Virus record (IMG/VR): IMGVR_UViG_3300025133_000037
Coordinates: 32,001-96,000 of that record
Source: a virus
Reading direction: 5' to 3' (one strand)
DNA: 64,000 nt
The translations under genes and the position numbers were made by a program. Of this stretch, positions 47,275 to 56,889 are shown piece by piece. The notes under the pieces are model-generated. The model was not told where the DNA came from. It worked only from the letters and a program-made list of their open reading frames with translations, and did no database searches. Each line of letters starts with the position of its first letter. The first letter of the stretch is position 1.

Positions 47275-48440
47275 TATTCTCCCATTATTATTTTTGTTTC
47301 TTCTAAAAGAATCTTTCCATATTCTTCGTCAATATCCTGTGACTCAATAAATGCCTTAAACATTGAGAAGTCATCCTTATGATTAAGGACAGAGTTATCT
47401 CTTACAACTCTTTTTGAGATTACCTCTATGATAACCTTAGAAACGTGGAATGCTCCATTATCATACAGTCTGGATTGTATGTACGATTTGTCTACAGCCG
47501 GGAGAACCTTCTCGTCTACTATTAGTTTGAACCTAATTATCTTTTCCGACACATCGTGAGCGTCGATAACATCGTTTAGCCCCGGCAAGATGTCTGCGAA
47601 ATCAAGTCCAGACAAATCCTCTGTGGCATCGATAAGCCCTCTGACCGGAATCTTATAAAACTTTGCCTTCTTTCGATTTATGCTGTAATCTATAAAATAC
47701 TTATCTACCTCTGCATCCCCAAAGTTTGATCGCTCCATAGAGCCGGTGTATATACATACCGGAGACCTTTTTCTAAGCACTCTGAATTGATGCAAGTGTC
47801 CCATCATAGCAACATCACACCCACGAAAAGATGCTGGCTTTACCATCAATTCTGCACCACCATAATCATTATAACTTCCTTCATAAAAAAAGTTATGCCC
47901 AACTGCGATTATTGGAAATTCGTTATCTATCGAGCCCACCTCGCTCTTTATATACTCATCATATGCCGCAGATTGCTCTCTCGAATCTGCCCCGGCATAC
48001 ATCCTCCTATCCCTATAAGGCAGCAATAAGATATTAACCTTTTCATTATCAACATTGCACACCTGTACAACTTCTGGCTCCAAAAGCATTCTTACATTTG
48101 GGTACTCACAGGATGACAGTGATGTTATTGAGCTAGTAAAACTTTCTCCATTTCTCTTGTAATCATGATTCCCCATTATTACAAATGTTGCAATATTTGC
48201 ATTCGACAATCTCTTAAGAGCTTTGTCTACAATAGCCATATGCTCAACACTTGGATCTCTATGCTCGAATATATCTCCAGTCTGTATAAAGATATCCGCC
48301 TTAGTATCGATTGCGTGATCGATCACATAATTAAGACTATCACTATAGTCGTCTACCCTGGTATTTCCGCCATTCCCATTTGGCCTGCCAAGACCAAATA
48401 CGGCTCCAATATGAGTATCTCCACATACAATTACTCTCAT
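47274..48440 (-). CDS. sbcD: SbcD/Mre11-like nuclease
   Basis: GDTHIG, GDIFE, GNHD, GH, GHLH metallophosphoesterase motifs; adjacent to sbcC. Confidence 0.92.
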   Translation of the reverse strand: MRVIVCGDTHIGAVFGLGRPNGNGGNTRVDDYSDSLNYVIDHAIDTKADIFIQTGDIFEHRDPSVEHMAIVDKALKRLSNANIATFVIMGNHDYKRNGESFTSSITSLSSCEYPNVRMLLEPEVVQVCNVDNEKVNILLLPYRDRRMYAGADSREQSAAYDEYIKSEVGSIDNEFPIIAVGHNFFYEGSYNDYGGAELMVKPASFRGCDVAMMGHLHQFRVLRKRSPVCIYTGSMERSNFGDAEVDKYFIDYSINRKKAKFYKIPVRGLIDATEDLSGLDFADILPGLNDVIDAHDVSEKIIRFKLIVDEKVLPAVDKSYIQSRLYDNGAFHVSKVIIEVISKRVVRDNSVLNHKDDFSMFKAFIESQDIDEEYGKILLEETKIIMGE

Positions 48441-48994
48441 TTTTTAGAGTACCTCCGATTCAAGGCGCGTCTTACGCCCTTAAATATATTGCTTGCTTTA
48501 TGTATATCATATCTGTCTATTGACAGAATGTAAGCATCAGTCTTTTTCATCAGCCTCTCTATCCATTCTAAATCACTAGGATGAGCCTTTTGGGCGACAC
48601 GAAATAATCCAGATATTTCTAATATCTTTGAAAAATTAGTTTGGCGCTTTGCTCGCGGAACAGACGTGACATCTTTTGGATCTATCATTTCAGATAAATC
48701 TCTGATCGCCGTTAAAAAGTCAGTATCAACACATAAGATGTAAAAATCTATAACATTATTTGATGCACCACATCCGAAGCAATAAAAATTGTTATTATCA
48801 TTATCTATATATAATGATCCAGTTCTTTCTAGCCCGCTCTTGTGATCCTTTCCTGGACACTTGCATCTATGCGTAAAATTCCCGCTATTAACCTGCTCAT
48901 AAGCAACTCCTTTGCGAGTGGCTATCTCAACTATTTTAATTGAGTTTAATATTTCTTCTTTATTAAGAGTTCTCAAGATAAAAACCTGCCCCAA
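48437..48994 (-). CDS. Stand-alone primase-type CHC2 zinc-finger protein (start uncertain)
   Basis: CP..DH....ERTGS......NNFYCFGCGASNNVIDF...F..AI..L. Confidence 0.8.
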   Translation of the reverse strand: MGQVFILRTLNKEEILNSIKIVEIATRKGVAYEQVNSGNFTHRCKCPGKDHKSGLERTGSLYIDNDNNNFYCFGCGASNNVIDFYILCVDTDFLTAIRDLSEMIDPKDVTSVPRAKRQTNFSKILEISGLFRVAQKAHPSDLEWIERLMKKTDAYILSIDRYDIHKASNIFKGVRRALNRRYSKK

Positions 48995-50067
48995 AACGAT
49001 GGCTTCTTTTTAGCAATTGGGTTTATTTTAGCCAATTCCCCTTGAATGTCAACTATATTTGGGGCTCGGAAAAGCTTGGGCTTTGACAATCCACCGTCAA
49101 GGTATAGCCCCGTCCCTATATCAGAAATTTTTTCAGCACCACCCTGATCTAATATAACCCTACTGTCAACAGCGGATGCAACCTTAAGGGCAATTCTTCC
49201 GGGAAAGTTCGCTTTAATTAACCCAGAGACAACCCTGCATGATGGTCTTTGTGTGGCCAAAATAATAGATATACCTGCAGCCCGTCCTTTTTGAGCAACA
49301 AGGCATAGTGTTTTCTGCACCTCTTTATCCTGCAGAACTATATCCGCCCACTCATCAACAACTATAACTATAGGTCTCAACCTAGTCTTTGGACTTGCTC
49401 CTCGATTATATTCGGCAGCACTTCTAACTTTAAACTTATGAAGCAATGAAAACCTAACCTCCATAATACTCCTAACCTCATCTATTAAAAAAGCCGCATC
49501 TTCAGCAGAATGCACAATCTTTTTAACCGAATTTAAATCTCGATAAATACCAAACTCAACCATTTTTGGGTCTATCAAGTAGAGGTCTGTATCCGACCCC
49601 AATAGGGATAGAATAAAGCTGTGAAGCAAAACGCTCTTCCCAGAGCCAGTAGTGCCCCCCACTAATAGGTTCGGAATAGAATTAATGTCTGTATGCATAA
49701 GTTCTCCAAAAGAGTCTATACCCAAAGCGATGGGGGCATAATAATTCTTTGGAAAGGCATTATATACCTGCATAAAAGTAGGGGACTCAATCTCTTCTCT
49801 TTGTACCTCGATCTTATATACCCCGTCCTTCATAACGGGGTACCCATTGGGGTGAGAGTGAGACGACATAGCCATACCTACATCTACAAGAACTCGGTCT
49901 AACCTTGAGGACCTAGTCCCGTTAGCCAACTTTATGCTATAAATATCAAAAAATCTTTTCTTATCTAACTCAACATACTCTGTTTTTATTCCAAAAGATT
50001 TTAATAACGAAAATAATTTTTCTTCCTTTTTTTGCTCAAAGATTTCAATTATATCATTCGACTTCAT
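48973..50067 (-). CDS. FtsK/SpoIIIE-family ATPase (motor domain only)
   Basis: PNLLVGGTTGSGKS, IDPKMVE, VVDEWAD, GRAAGI.IILATQRP, DSRVILDQ.GAEK. Confidence 0.92.
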   Translation of the reverse strand: MKSNDIIEIFEQKKEEKLFSLLKSFGIKTEYVELDKKRFFDIYSIKLANGTRSSRLDRVLVDVGMAMSSHSHPNGYPVMKDGVYKIEVQREEIESPTFMQVYNAFPKNYYAPIALGIDSFGELMHTDINSIPNLLVGGTTGSGKSVLLHSFILSLLGSDTDLYLIDPKMVEFGIYRDLNSVKKIVHSAEDAAFLIDEVRSIMEVRFSLLHKFKVRSAAEYNRGASPKTRLRPIVIVVDEWADIVLQDKEVQKTLCLVAQKGRAAGISIILATQRPSCRVVSGLIKANFPGRIALKVASAVDSRVILDQGGAEKISDIGTGLYLDGGLSKPKLFRAPNIVDIQGELAKINPIAKKKPSFWGRFLS

Positions 50068-50254
50068 TAATGCTCCTTATCTCGGAAAGAATATCCTGCA
50101 GGGCCTCTCGATACCCTACCCGAGCAATATACACACTATTATCAGTTGGAGCAACAGAAAATTTACTACTGTCATTCTCCAGCTGCCGAACATGCTTGCT
50201 TGCCTCCGATATTCTTTCCAAAATAAGGTTTACAACTTTATCTTTAAAAGTCAT
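50054..50254 (-). CDS. Hypothetical protein
   Basis: 66 aa; overlaps both neighbours. Confidence 0.6.
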   Translation of the reverse strand: MTFKDKVVNLILERISEASKHVRQLENDSSKFSVAPTDNSVYIARVGYREALQDILSEIRSINEVE

Positions 50255-50604
50255 TTTACTCTCTGGTTCTTTTTAATCCTGCCTATCTCGCGCTTAAGCT
50301 CTCGAACCTCTACTTCTAACTTTGTATTATCGTCCCGAAGCTTTAGACACGACCTTAGGGATAAAACTATAAGCCCGAAGATGCCCTCGCCCGGGTTTAC
50401 TCCGTCTAATTCATCCGCCGCAATTAAAAGACGATTTAAAGCTGCTACAACATTGTTGTGGTAAGCAGGAGTTTGATTATCAGGATGAGTCTTATCTGCG
50501 AGAAGCTTTTTATAATCATTAAAAGCGCTCTCTATATTATTCTGTACCTCACCCTTTTTTGAATCCATATACTTTGTGTTCTTCGGAACCTTTATATCAG
50601 ACAC
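50251..50604 (-). CDS. Hypothetical protein
   Basis: 117 aa; AGGAGG RBS; C-terminal coiled coil. Confidence 0.7.
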   Translation of the reverse strand: MSDIKVPKNTKYMDSKKGEVQNNIESAFNDYKKLLADKTHPDNQTPAYHNNVVAALNRLLIAADELDGVNPGEGIFGLIVLSLRSCLKLRDDNTKLEVEVRELKREIGRIKKNQRVK

Positions 50605-50926
50605 TATAATCCTCCTTTAATATTAACATTACATAAATACCGCATCTCTTGTGCATTTTTAAAAAAGCCTGTATTTTATGCAGCCCATCTTCGTCTATAA
50701 TACCATATTGACGATATAAAAAATTTACTATATTGATGCACTTGTTGTAGTCATAACAGGCCGCATCAAAAAGGCCGCATGCCTTATCCAGAAAGTTAAT
50801 CACCCTTTCTTTTTCGTCATATTTTATTTTAGATAAATCAACTATATGGTTTGTAATGGAGTTACAAAACAAAAAACCCTCTGTATCCGTAAATCCATTG
50901 CAGCCCAATAAAACATAAGCATTCAT
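50597..50926 (-). CDS. Hypothetical protein (start revised to MNAY)
   Basis: GGAG RBS before ATG 50926. Confidence 0.65.
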   Translation of the reverse strand: MNAYVLLGCNGFTDTEGFLFCNSITNHIVDLSKIKYDEKERVINFLDKACGLFDAACYDYNKCINIVNFLYRQYGIIDEDGLHKIQAFLKMHKRCGIYVMLILKEDYSV

Positions 50927-50939
50927 CGACGCTCCCTTT

Positions 50940-53900
50940 TTATCCAACCGCTTTAAATCTTACCACGAATTGAGACACTGCATTATTAGAATCTTTCAAT
51001 TCAAATTTTATTGCATAAACCCCTCCCTTATCGGGCTGTATCTGAATAGAGGTATAGTGGCCTCCATCATTTACTGGATTATTTATCGGAGGATCTCCAT
51101 CTCCTGCGACTGGATTTGGCTTATTAAAGATCCCTGCGTTATTATACCCCGAACCCTCTGCGGCCTCTATTATCTTCCAGGTATAATTGAGATTCACAAC
51201 CCCATCTTCTACGTCCATTGCCCCGCCGGTATCCTCTGTGTCTGCTGATCTTCCTCCATAAAAAGATATATATGAACCAAGTTGAACATCTGGATAATTA
51301 AACCCACCATCGACTGCAGTATTCTCCGGACCAGTTGGCCACAAGTAACCGCCTTCACCTTGGGCAAGTGCCCCTGGCGTCCCCTGCTCTTGTCCTACAT
51401 ATGTTGCCATAATAATGCTTGGAGGATTATTTTCTGCAACAGGAACGACTGTAACGGTTCTCGTGATAGTATCTGCGGCAAGGCCTCCGGAGTCAGTTAC
51501 ATTATAAGTAACCGTGTAAACTCCTGGCACATTTATATTAACATTACTTTCCGTGACGATATTTGCCGTCAATGCATCATTATCATCCTCTGCATCTGTT
51601 GCGGTAGCTCCTGCGTCAGCATAATCGTCGCCTTGGTTGATAGATATACTGTCAGTACCAGGGCCGCCGACTAAGTGCAATACAGGCTGCTGATTAGCTG
51701 CAGCAGCAAATACGCTTGCCGAAGCTTGAGGGCTAGCATAACCATGCACATCCGTAACTATAAGGTTGATGGTATACAGCCCTGTCACATCTGGAGTGAA
51801 TGTTTGAATTGATACATCGTTTGGATCTAAATCACTATCATCAGATATATTGCTTCCGTCCGGAACTACACTAAATGTCCAAGCATATGTAAGTGCATCA
51901 TCATCTGGATCGCTGCTGCCAGTTCCATCTGCCGTCACAAGAACTCCGACCTCTCCTACGTTTCCTGCAAAAGACGCCACTATTGAGGCGGCGGGCTGCT
52001 GATTTGGATCAACAAGTGTAAAGCTATGCTCAGCATATGCTGTCCCTCCATCATCGTCTGTTACAGTCAATCTAAGAGTATAGTCTCCTGCTGTCGCTGC
52101 AGTAAACTCTGGATCTTCTATTGCATCATTTACAAAGCTTGCGGTATCTCCAGGCTGACTCTCCACAGTCCAAGCATAAGTCTCAATTATCCCATCTGCA
52201 TCACCCGCTGTAGCAACCATAATAATGCTTTCGCCCGTCTCAAGGGTTCCTTCGGTGCCCTCGATAGATACAGTAGGCGCCTGATTAGCCGCAACAAACT
52301 CTACTGTGACTACAGCACTCGCCTGCCCTCCGTTGCCATCAGTAACACTAAGCTCCAAAGTGTACTCTCCGAACATATCGGTAGTAAAATCTGGATCCTG
52401 AGCCGAAGTAGAGCTAAAGCTATATGTTGGGTCGCCATCTGCGGTGTGAGTCTGAACAGTCCAGTCATAAGTTAGCTCATCTCCATCAATATCTGTTGCG
52501 GTTGCATTTAGTGACACATTTGCATCAACCTCTGTGGTTCCGTCTACTGAGTCAATAACAACTACTGGATCAGAGTTAAGAACCTCAAATGTTAATTGCG
52601 CAGTGTTGCCCGGAAGACCCTGAGCGTCGATAACTTTAACCTGCCATGAATAAGTGTCTCTTGCTAATGACCCGATATTTAGTAGGTCTATTAGTGGAGT
52701 CTGATCATCGGCGGAAACATCGTGAGTAACCGTCTGGACAACTATATTTTGGTCATTAAGTCTTTCCCAAATATACACAAACCCTTCCGGCTCGGGATCA
52801 GGATCAATAGCTGTCGCTTTCAAATAGATCCAGTCATCGGCAAGAAACACCGTCTGACTAGGATTCGCTTCACTGCCAGAGTGAGCAGTTATTGTCACTA
52901 TTGTCGCTGTATTTGCCGCAGAAATATCTATTGCATTAATTTTTTCAACGCTATATGATCCCTCGTCATCTACGACGACGAGGCTTACCGCATAAAAGCC
53001 TTCTACGTCAGGGGTGAATGAGGCAGTAACTGCATCTGCATTCTGAATATCAGCATTAGTTAATAATGATCCATTCGGAACAGAAGAAAAGGTCCATGCC
53101 TGACCAGCGACAGATCCATCGTCTGTAGATGTGGAAGCACAAGTCACTAAGTCTCCAGTTACATCACTTCCTGATACAATTGTAAAGTTCGCTATAGGCA
53201 ATTGATTAACTCTTAACGTATTAATCGCAGGATCACTATTGTCCATGCCATCATTAACAATTAATTGAACATCATAATTTCCTGCAGAAGCAGGGAGTGT
53301 AACGGAAAACTCAGAACCATCTGTAGCCCAACCATCTGTGCTCACCTCTACAGGGCCGGATACGGCCCAAGAGCATGTCAAAACATCTCCTGCATCATCG
53401 TCGTCAATCTCCGGCTTAATATTGACTGGCTGAACAGTATCCGATAGAGTGTTTAGCTCAACCATAAGAACTTCTGTATCACCAATTGTAAAGCTAAAGT
53501 CTGCAGTTGGCCTAACATTCGCTATCTCTATAGAAAAGGATTTACTTACAGTATTTCCAAGATCAATCCCGTCGCTAGTTTGTAGCGACATTGTTACGCC
53601 CGATCCTGCCATACCTTCTGTAACGAGATATTCTACAACAGACCCATGGTCGTCCAAGACAACCTGTTCTCCTGCCATCATTACCGTCCAATTACAGCTC
53701 AATGGATCGCCATCGGAATCCGTGCTTAATGAGCCGTCGAGAGTTAACGTTACTCCAACTGGAACGGACGCTCCATCCTCAACCTCTACGGCCTCTGCAT
53801 TACCCCCTTCTGCCCCGGCGGGAATAAAGCTAAGCTTAAAGTTTGTATTCGGTGGAGAGTTGGCCTGCTCAGGCTCCTCTTCTTCATCCTCCCATATCCA

Positions 53901-56876
53901 AAGAAGGTTTGCGCCGATAAACCCCAGGCCCCTGTATTCTCCTTCATTTTCCTCTCCAGGCCAATAGCCACCAACAAAGTCTGCAACCTTAACTCTGAAA
54001 GTACACAACCCTCCAAAGTCTTGTGTCAAATCAATTTTCATTGGCGAAAAATCACTTACAACGACTTTACCTCTCCGTGGAATAGCATATGAATGTGAGT
54101 TGAGCATAAAACTCTGCGGATCACCGGGAGGAACAGCCGACCATTCCCCCTGATTAATAAGGTCTACGTCAGAAAGAACCTCCAAATCTCCCGCTAAAGA
54201 ATTAGAATCTTTTCCACAGCTTAATTGAACATTAAAATCTGCAGTTCCAACCGCAGGCGTTAAAAAGACAAAATAACAAGTTATTCGGCAAGATGTTGGA
54301 GCGTCCTCTGGAAACCCCGGGATACTATCGGGATAACTGCCCAAAGCCGACTGATGCGATCCATCTATTGACTGGCCTATCCCTCCGGATAAAGCTCCGC
54401 ACGATGGGATCGGAACCGTCAAATAATAAACTGACTGTATTTCGTTATTAGCTCCGGCAAGAGTTTTGTCAAGAAGCACCTTTGTTACTACATCTCTATT
54501 TGCAGGGAACGCCCCACTAGTAAAGGCTACAGGCTGAGCCTGCCTCTGCATCCACTCTATAACATCTACTGGAGCACCATCCCAAGCATCTAAATCTGGA
54601 TTGCCATTTTTTTGAACCCAATCATTTGCGGAAGTCCAATGCGATTCAAACTCTACCTTAGATTCCCCGCCACCCTCTATTGGGGCCCAATGAGGATTCC
54701 CATCTTCCTTTATTACCAGGCCGTCTCCGGGGTCTCCATTGGGAATGTAGTAAACATCTCCTTCATCTGGGTAACCGGCATTGGGAGTCTGCACTTCTTT
54801 ATTCCACAAAACAACATGTCCAGGGCCATCTGTTAAATCGTTTATTCTTAATGGAGAGTACCCTTGTGGCGGATCATCCGCAGCCTCTTTGATATGCAGC
54901 CTTCTTGCCGGAGTTGAGAATCCCTTTGGAGATTGATAAGAAGCATCTGTAGCTCCGATTCCAACATACCCTAGTCCATCGCTCAAAGATCTTGTTCCAC
55001 CATCTATAAGAATAGCTCTAGTTAAACCCGGGACTGCCGGATTAAAAGTCTCTACAGAAAAAGCTCCTTGGTTAGGATTAATGGCATCATAAAACTCATG
55101 ATGAAACCCAGACACTCTAGACGTAGTTTTCGTGCCAGTGCCATCCTCTCCATTGAATACTAATCCGGCATATCTATCATAATCACTGGGCCCGGTTGTC
55201 ATATTATGAATTATAACTTCCGGCCCTACACCAAACCCTGTGCCTCCAGAGACATCATTGTATGAAAGACCGTCATTTCCAGCGAACCCTGCGGGCGATG
55301 CTCCATCGTGAAACTGAATATTTTTATAAGCACCGCCAGGAGTAACTGTCGCTGTAGAAGTTATTGTTATAGTGTCTGTTCCTGCGGCGCCGGCGAGATC
55401 TATTCCATCCCCGGCCTCTAAAGTTAAAGTATCTGATGTGGCGTCTGTCTCAATCGGGCCTCCAGATGCAGTACCAGTTCCTGTGCTTGTTAGAACTATA
55501 TTATCAAATACATTTTGATCTGACCCAATAGATGCATCAGAATATATATCTCCAGCACCATCTATAACAAGGACTGTCCCGGTTCCGGACGGGACACTCT
55601 CTAATCTTAAGGGGGAGTTCCCGCTATCATCAAAGACATGCAGCGTTCTTTCGGGGTGTGTTGTTCCATCCCATCCTGCATCCGAACCAATCCCAACCTT
55701 TCCATCGCCTGTTGCTTGAATTATATTTCCACCGCCACCTGTGCCGTCATTATCTCCATACCAAACATGGAGTATAGCATTTGCCTGATCACCCTCTGCT
55801 CTGGGCCTTCCAAACATTGACCATTCGTGACTACCTCCAGTGACTCCATTCGTATCTGAAGTATTTGTAAAAGAAATTCTTCCACCGGCATCAATAGCGG
55901 ATTCATGAATCAAAAGGTTTGGAGCAGCCGCCGTACTATCGCTACTTATTGTTAACTTACCGGCAGGAGAAAGGGTTCCTACCCCGACGTTTCCATCGCT
56001 CTTTATTATCATCCTAACATGGTCTGTGTAATGTAAGGATGGTTCACCCGATGGCCGTGTTGACAGCCTTATTTCTCCGGGCATATCCTCAGCCAGTGGA
56101 GTCCCGTCTACTCTAAATTGAATGGCAGCAGCAGTCTCAAACGAATTAACACCCCCTCCGTCATTACCAAGGCCTTGTATTGAGCCAAGACTGTCACCAT
56201 CTTGGACAATATCATTCAGCCTAGACTTTCTAAGCCTTAAATCTGAACCAGATGTTCCATCTATATTTTCTTGAATACCTATAATTGCATTGTTAAAATC
56301 ACTATCTACATGAAACTTGTAATGAGGATCGGGTCTGCCTATTCCAACTCTCTCCTCATCATACAGGTAAACAAATCCATCATCCCCGCCGAAGGCTCCG
56401 TTTTTATTGTATTGAACATTTGTGTCAACACCACCTGCGGACATAGAGAGGTCTAAATAATAACACTTATCTACCACGCCAGTGTCCGGGTCTTCGACCT
56501 CTATAAACTCAGGGATAGAAAGCGGAACATAATCTTCTCCAGCAGCCTCCCTTTGGTCAACTGGTGTTCCGTATATATCCTCCGAATAACACTGTATATT
56601 TATATATTGAACCGCCGGAGTTGTTCCGTCATATCCTCCTAGGTTTTTATGAGCAAGCTGCCCTCTGACGTGAGCGCCTTCTGTTAAAAATACTTTAGAC
56701 GAATGTCCATCCGCATGAATTCCATCATGCTTGTGCCCCGCTACTACCGGATGAAACTCGTCAACATTGTCGTTAAATCCATGGTCTCCACCAAACAAAG
56801 AATTCATAACCTCTGCCGTAACTACAGTTACCGCCGAAGTATATCTTGTTAATTTTCTATCTGAATCTGTTGACAT
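50940..56876 (-). CDS. Tail fibre/adhesin with PKD/Ig-like (REJ-like) repeats and a DUF5011-like domain
   Basis: GNVGVGT and VGIG fibre repeats; ~8 units of N..P.A....LDGS.S.D.DGD.L.Y.W......G.Y...L.V.D; GATATDAED...PGVYTVTYNVTDSGG. Confidence 0.8.
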   Translation of the reverse strand: MSTDSDRKLTRYTSAVTVVTAEVMNSLFGGDHGFNDNVDEFHPVVAGHKHDGIHADGHSSKVFLTEGAHVRGQLAHKNLGGYDGTTPAVQYINIQCYSEDIYGTPVDQREAAGEDYVPLSIPEFIEVEDPDTGVVDKCYYLDLSMSAGGVDTNVQYNKNGAFGGDDGFVYLYDEERVGIGRPDPHYKFHVDSDFNNAIIGIQENIDGTSGSDLRLRKSRLNDIVQDGDSLGSIQGLGNDGGGVNSFETAAAIQFRVDGTPLAEDMPGEIRLSTRPSGEPSLHYTDHVRMIIKSDGNVGVGTLSPAGKLTISSDSTAAAPNLLIHESAIDAGGRISFTNTSDTNGVTGGSHEWSMFGRPRAEGDQANAILHVWYGDNDGTGGGGNIIQATGDGKVGIGSDAGWDGTTHPERTLHVFDDSGNSPLRLESVPSGTGTVLVIDGAGDIYSDASIGSDQNVFDNIVLTSTGTGTASGGPIETDATSDTLTLEAGDGIDLAGAAGTDTITITSTATVTPGGAYKNIQFHDGASPAGFAGNDGLSYNDVSGGTGFGVGPEVIIHNMTTGPSDYDRYAGLVFNGEDGTGTKTTSRVSGFHHEFYDAINPNQGAFSVETFNPAVPGLTRAILIDGGTRSLSDGLGYVGIGATDASYQSPKGFSTPARRLHIKEAADDPPQGYSPLRINDLTDGPGHVVLWNKEVQTPNAGYPDEGDVYYIPNGDPGDGLVIKEDGNPHWAPIEGGGESKVEFESHWTSANDWVQKNGNPDLDAWDGAPVDVIEWMQRQAQPVAFTSGAFPANRDVVTKVLLDKTLAGANNEIQSVYYLTVPIPSCGALSGGIGQSIDGSHQSALGSYPDSIPGFPEDAPTSCRITCYFVFLTPAVGTADFNVQLSCGKDSNSLAGDLEVLSDVDLINQGEWSAVPPGDPQSFMLNSHSYAIPRRGKVVVSDFSPMKIDLTQDFGGLCTFRVKVADFVGGYWPGEENEGEYRGLGFIGANLLWIWEDEEEEPEQANSPPNTNFKLSFIPAGAEGGNAEAVEVEDGASVPVGVTLTLDGSLSTDSDGDPLSCNWTVMMAGEQVVLDDHGSVVEYLVTEGMAGSGVTMSLQTSDGIDLGNTVSKSFSIEIANVRPTADFSFTIGDTEVLMVELNTLSDTVQPVNIKPEIDDDDAGDVLTCSWAVSGPVEVSTDGWATDGSEFSVTLPASAGNYDVQLIVNDGMDNSDPAINTLRVNQLPIANFTIVSGSDVTGDLVTCASTSTDDGSVAGQAWTFSSVPNGSLLTNADIQNADAVTASFTPDVEGFYAVSLVVVDDEGSYSVEKINAIDISAANTATIVTITAHSGSEANPSQTVFLADDWIYLKATAIDPDPEPEGFVYIWERLNDQNIVVQTVTHDVSADDQTPLIDLLNIGSLARDTYSWQVKVIDAQGLPGNTAQLTFEVLNSDPVVVIDSVDGTTEVDANVSLNATATDIDGDELTYDWTVQTHTADGDPTYSFSSTSAQDPDFTTDMFGEYTLELSVTDGNGGQASAVVTVEFVAANQAPTVSIEGTEGTLETGESIIMVATAGDADGIIETYAWTVESQPGDTASFVNDAIEDPEFTAATAGDYTLRLTVTDDDGGTAYAEHSFTLVDPNQQPAASIVASFAGNVGEVGVLVTADGTGSSDPDDDALTYAWTFSVVPDGSNISDDSDLDPNDVSIQTFTPDVTGLYTINLIVTDVHGYASPQASASVFAAAANQQPVLHLVGGPGTDSISINQGDDYADAGATATDAEDDNDALTANIVTESNVNINVPGVYTVTYNVTDSGGLAADTITRTVTVVPVAENNPPSIIMATYVGQEQGTPGALAQGEGGYLWPTGPENTAVDGGFNYPDVQLGSYISFYGGRSADTEDTGGAMDVEDGVVNLNYTWKIIEAAEGSGYNNAGIFNKPNPVAGDGDPPINNPVNDGGHYTSIQIQPDKGGVYAIKFELKDSNNAVSQFVVRFKAVG

Positions 56877-56889
56877 GTTATATTAAGCC

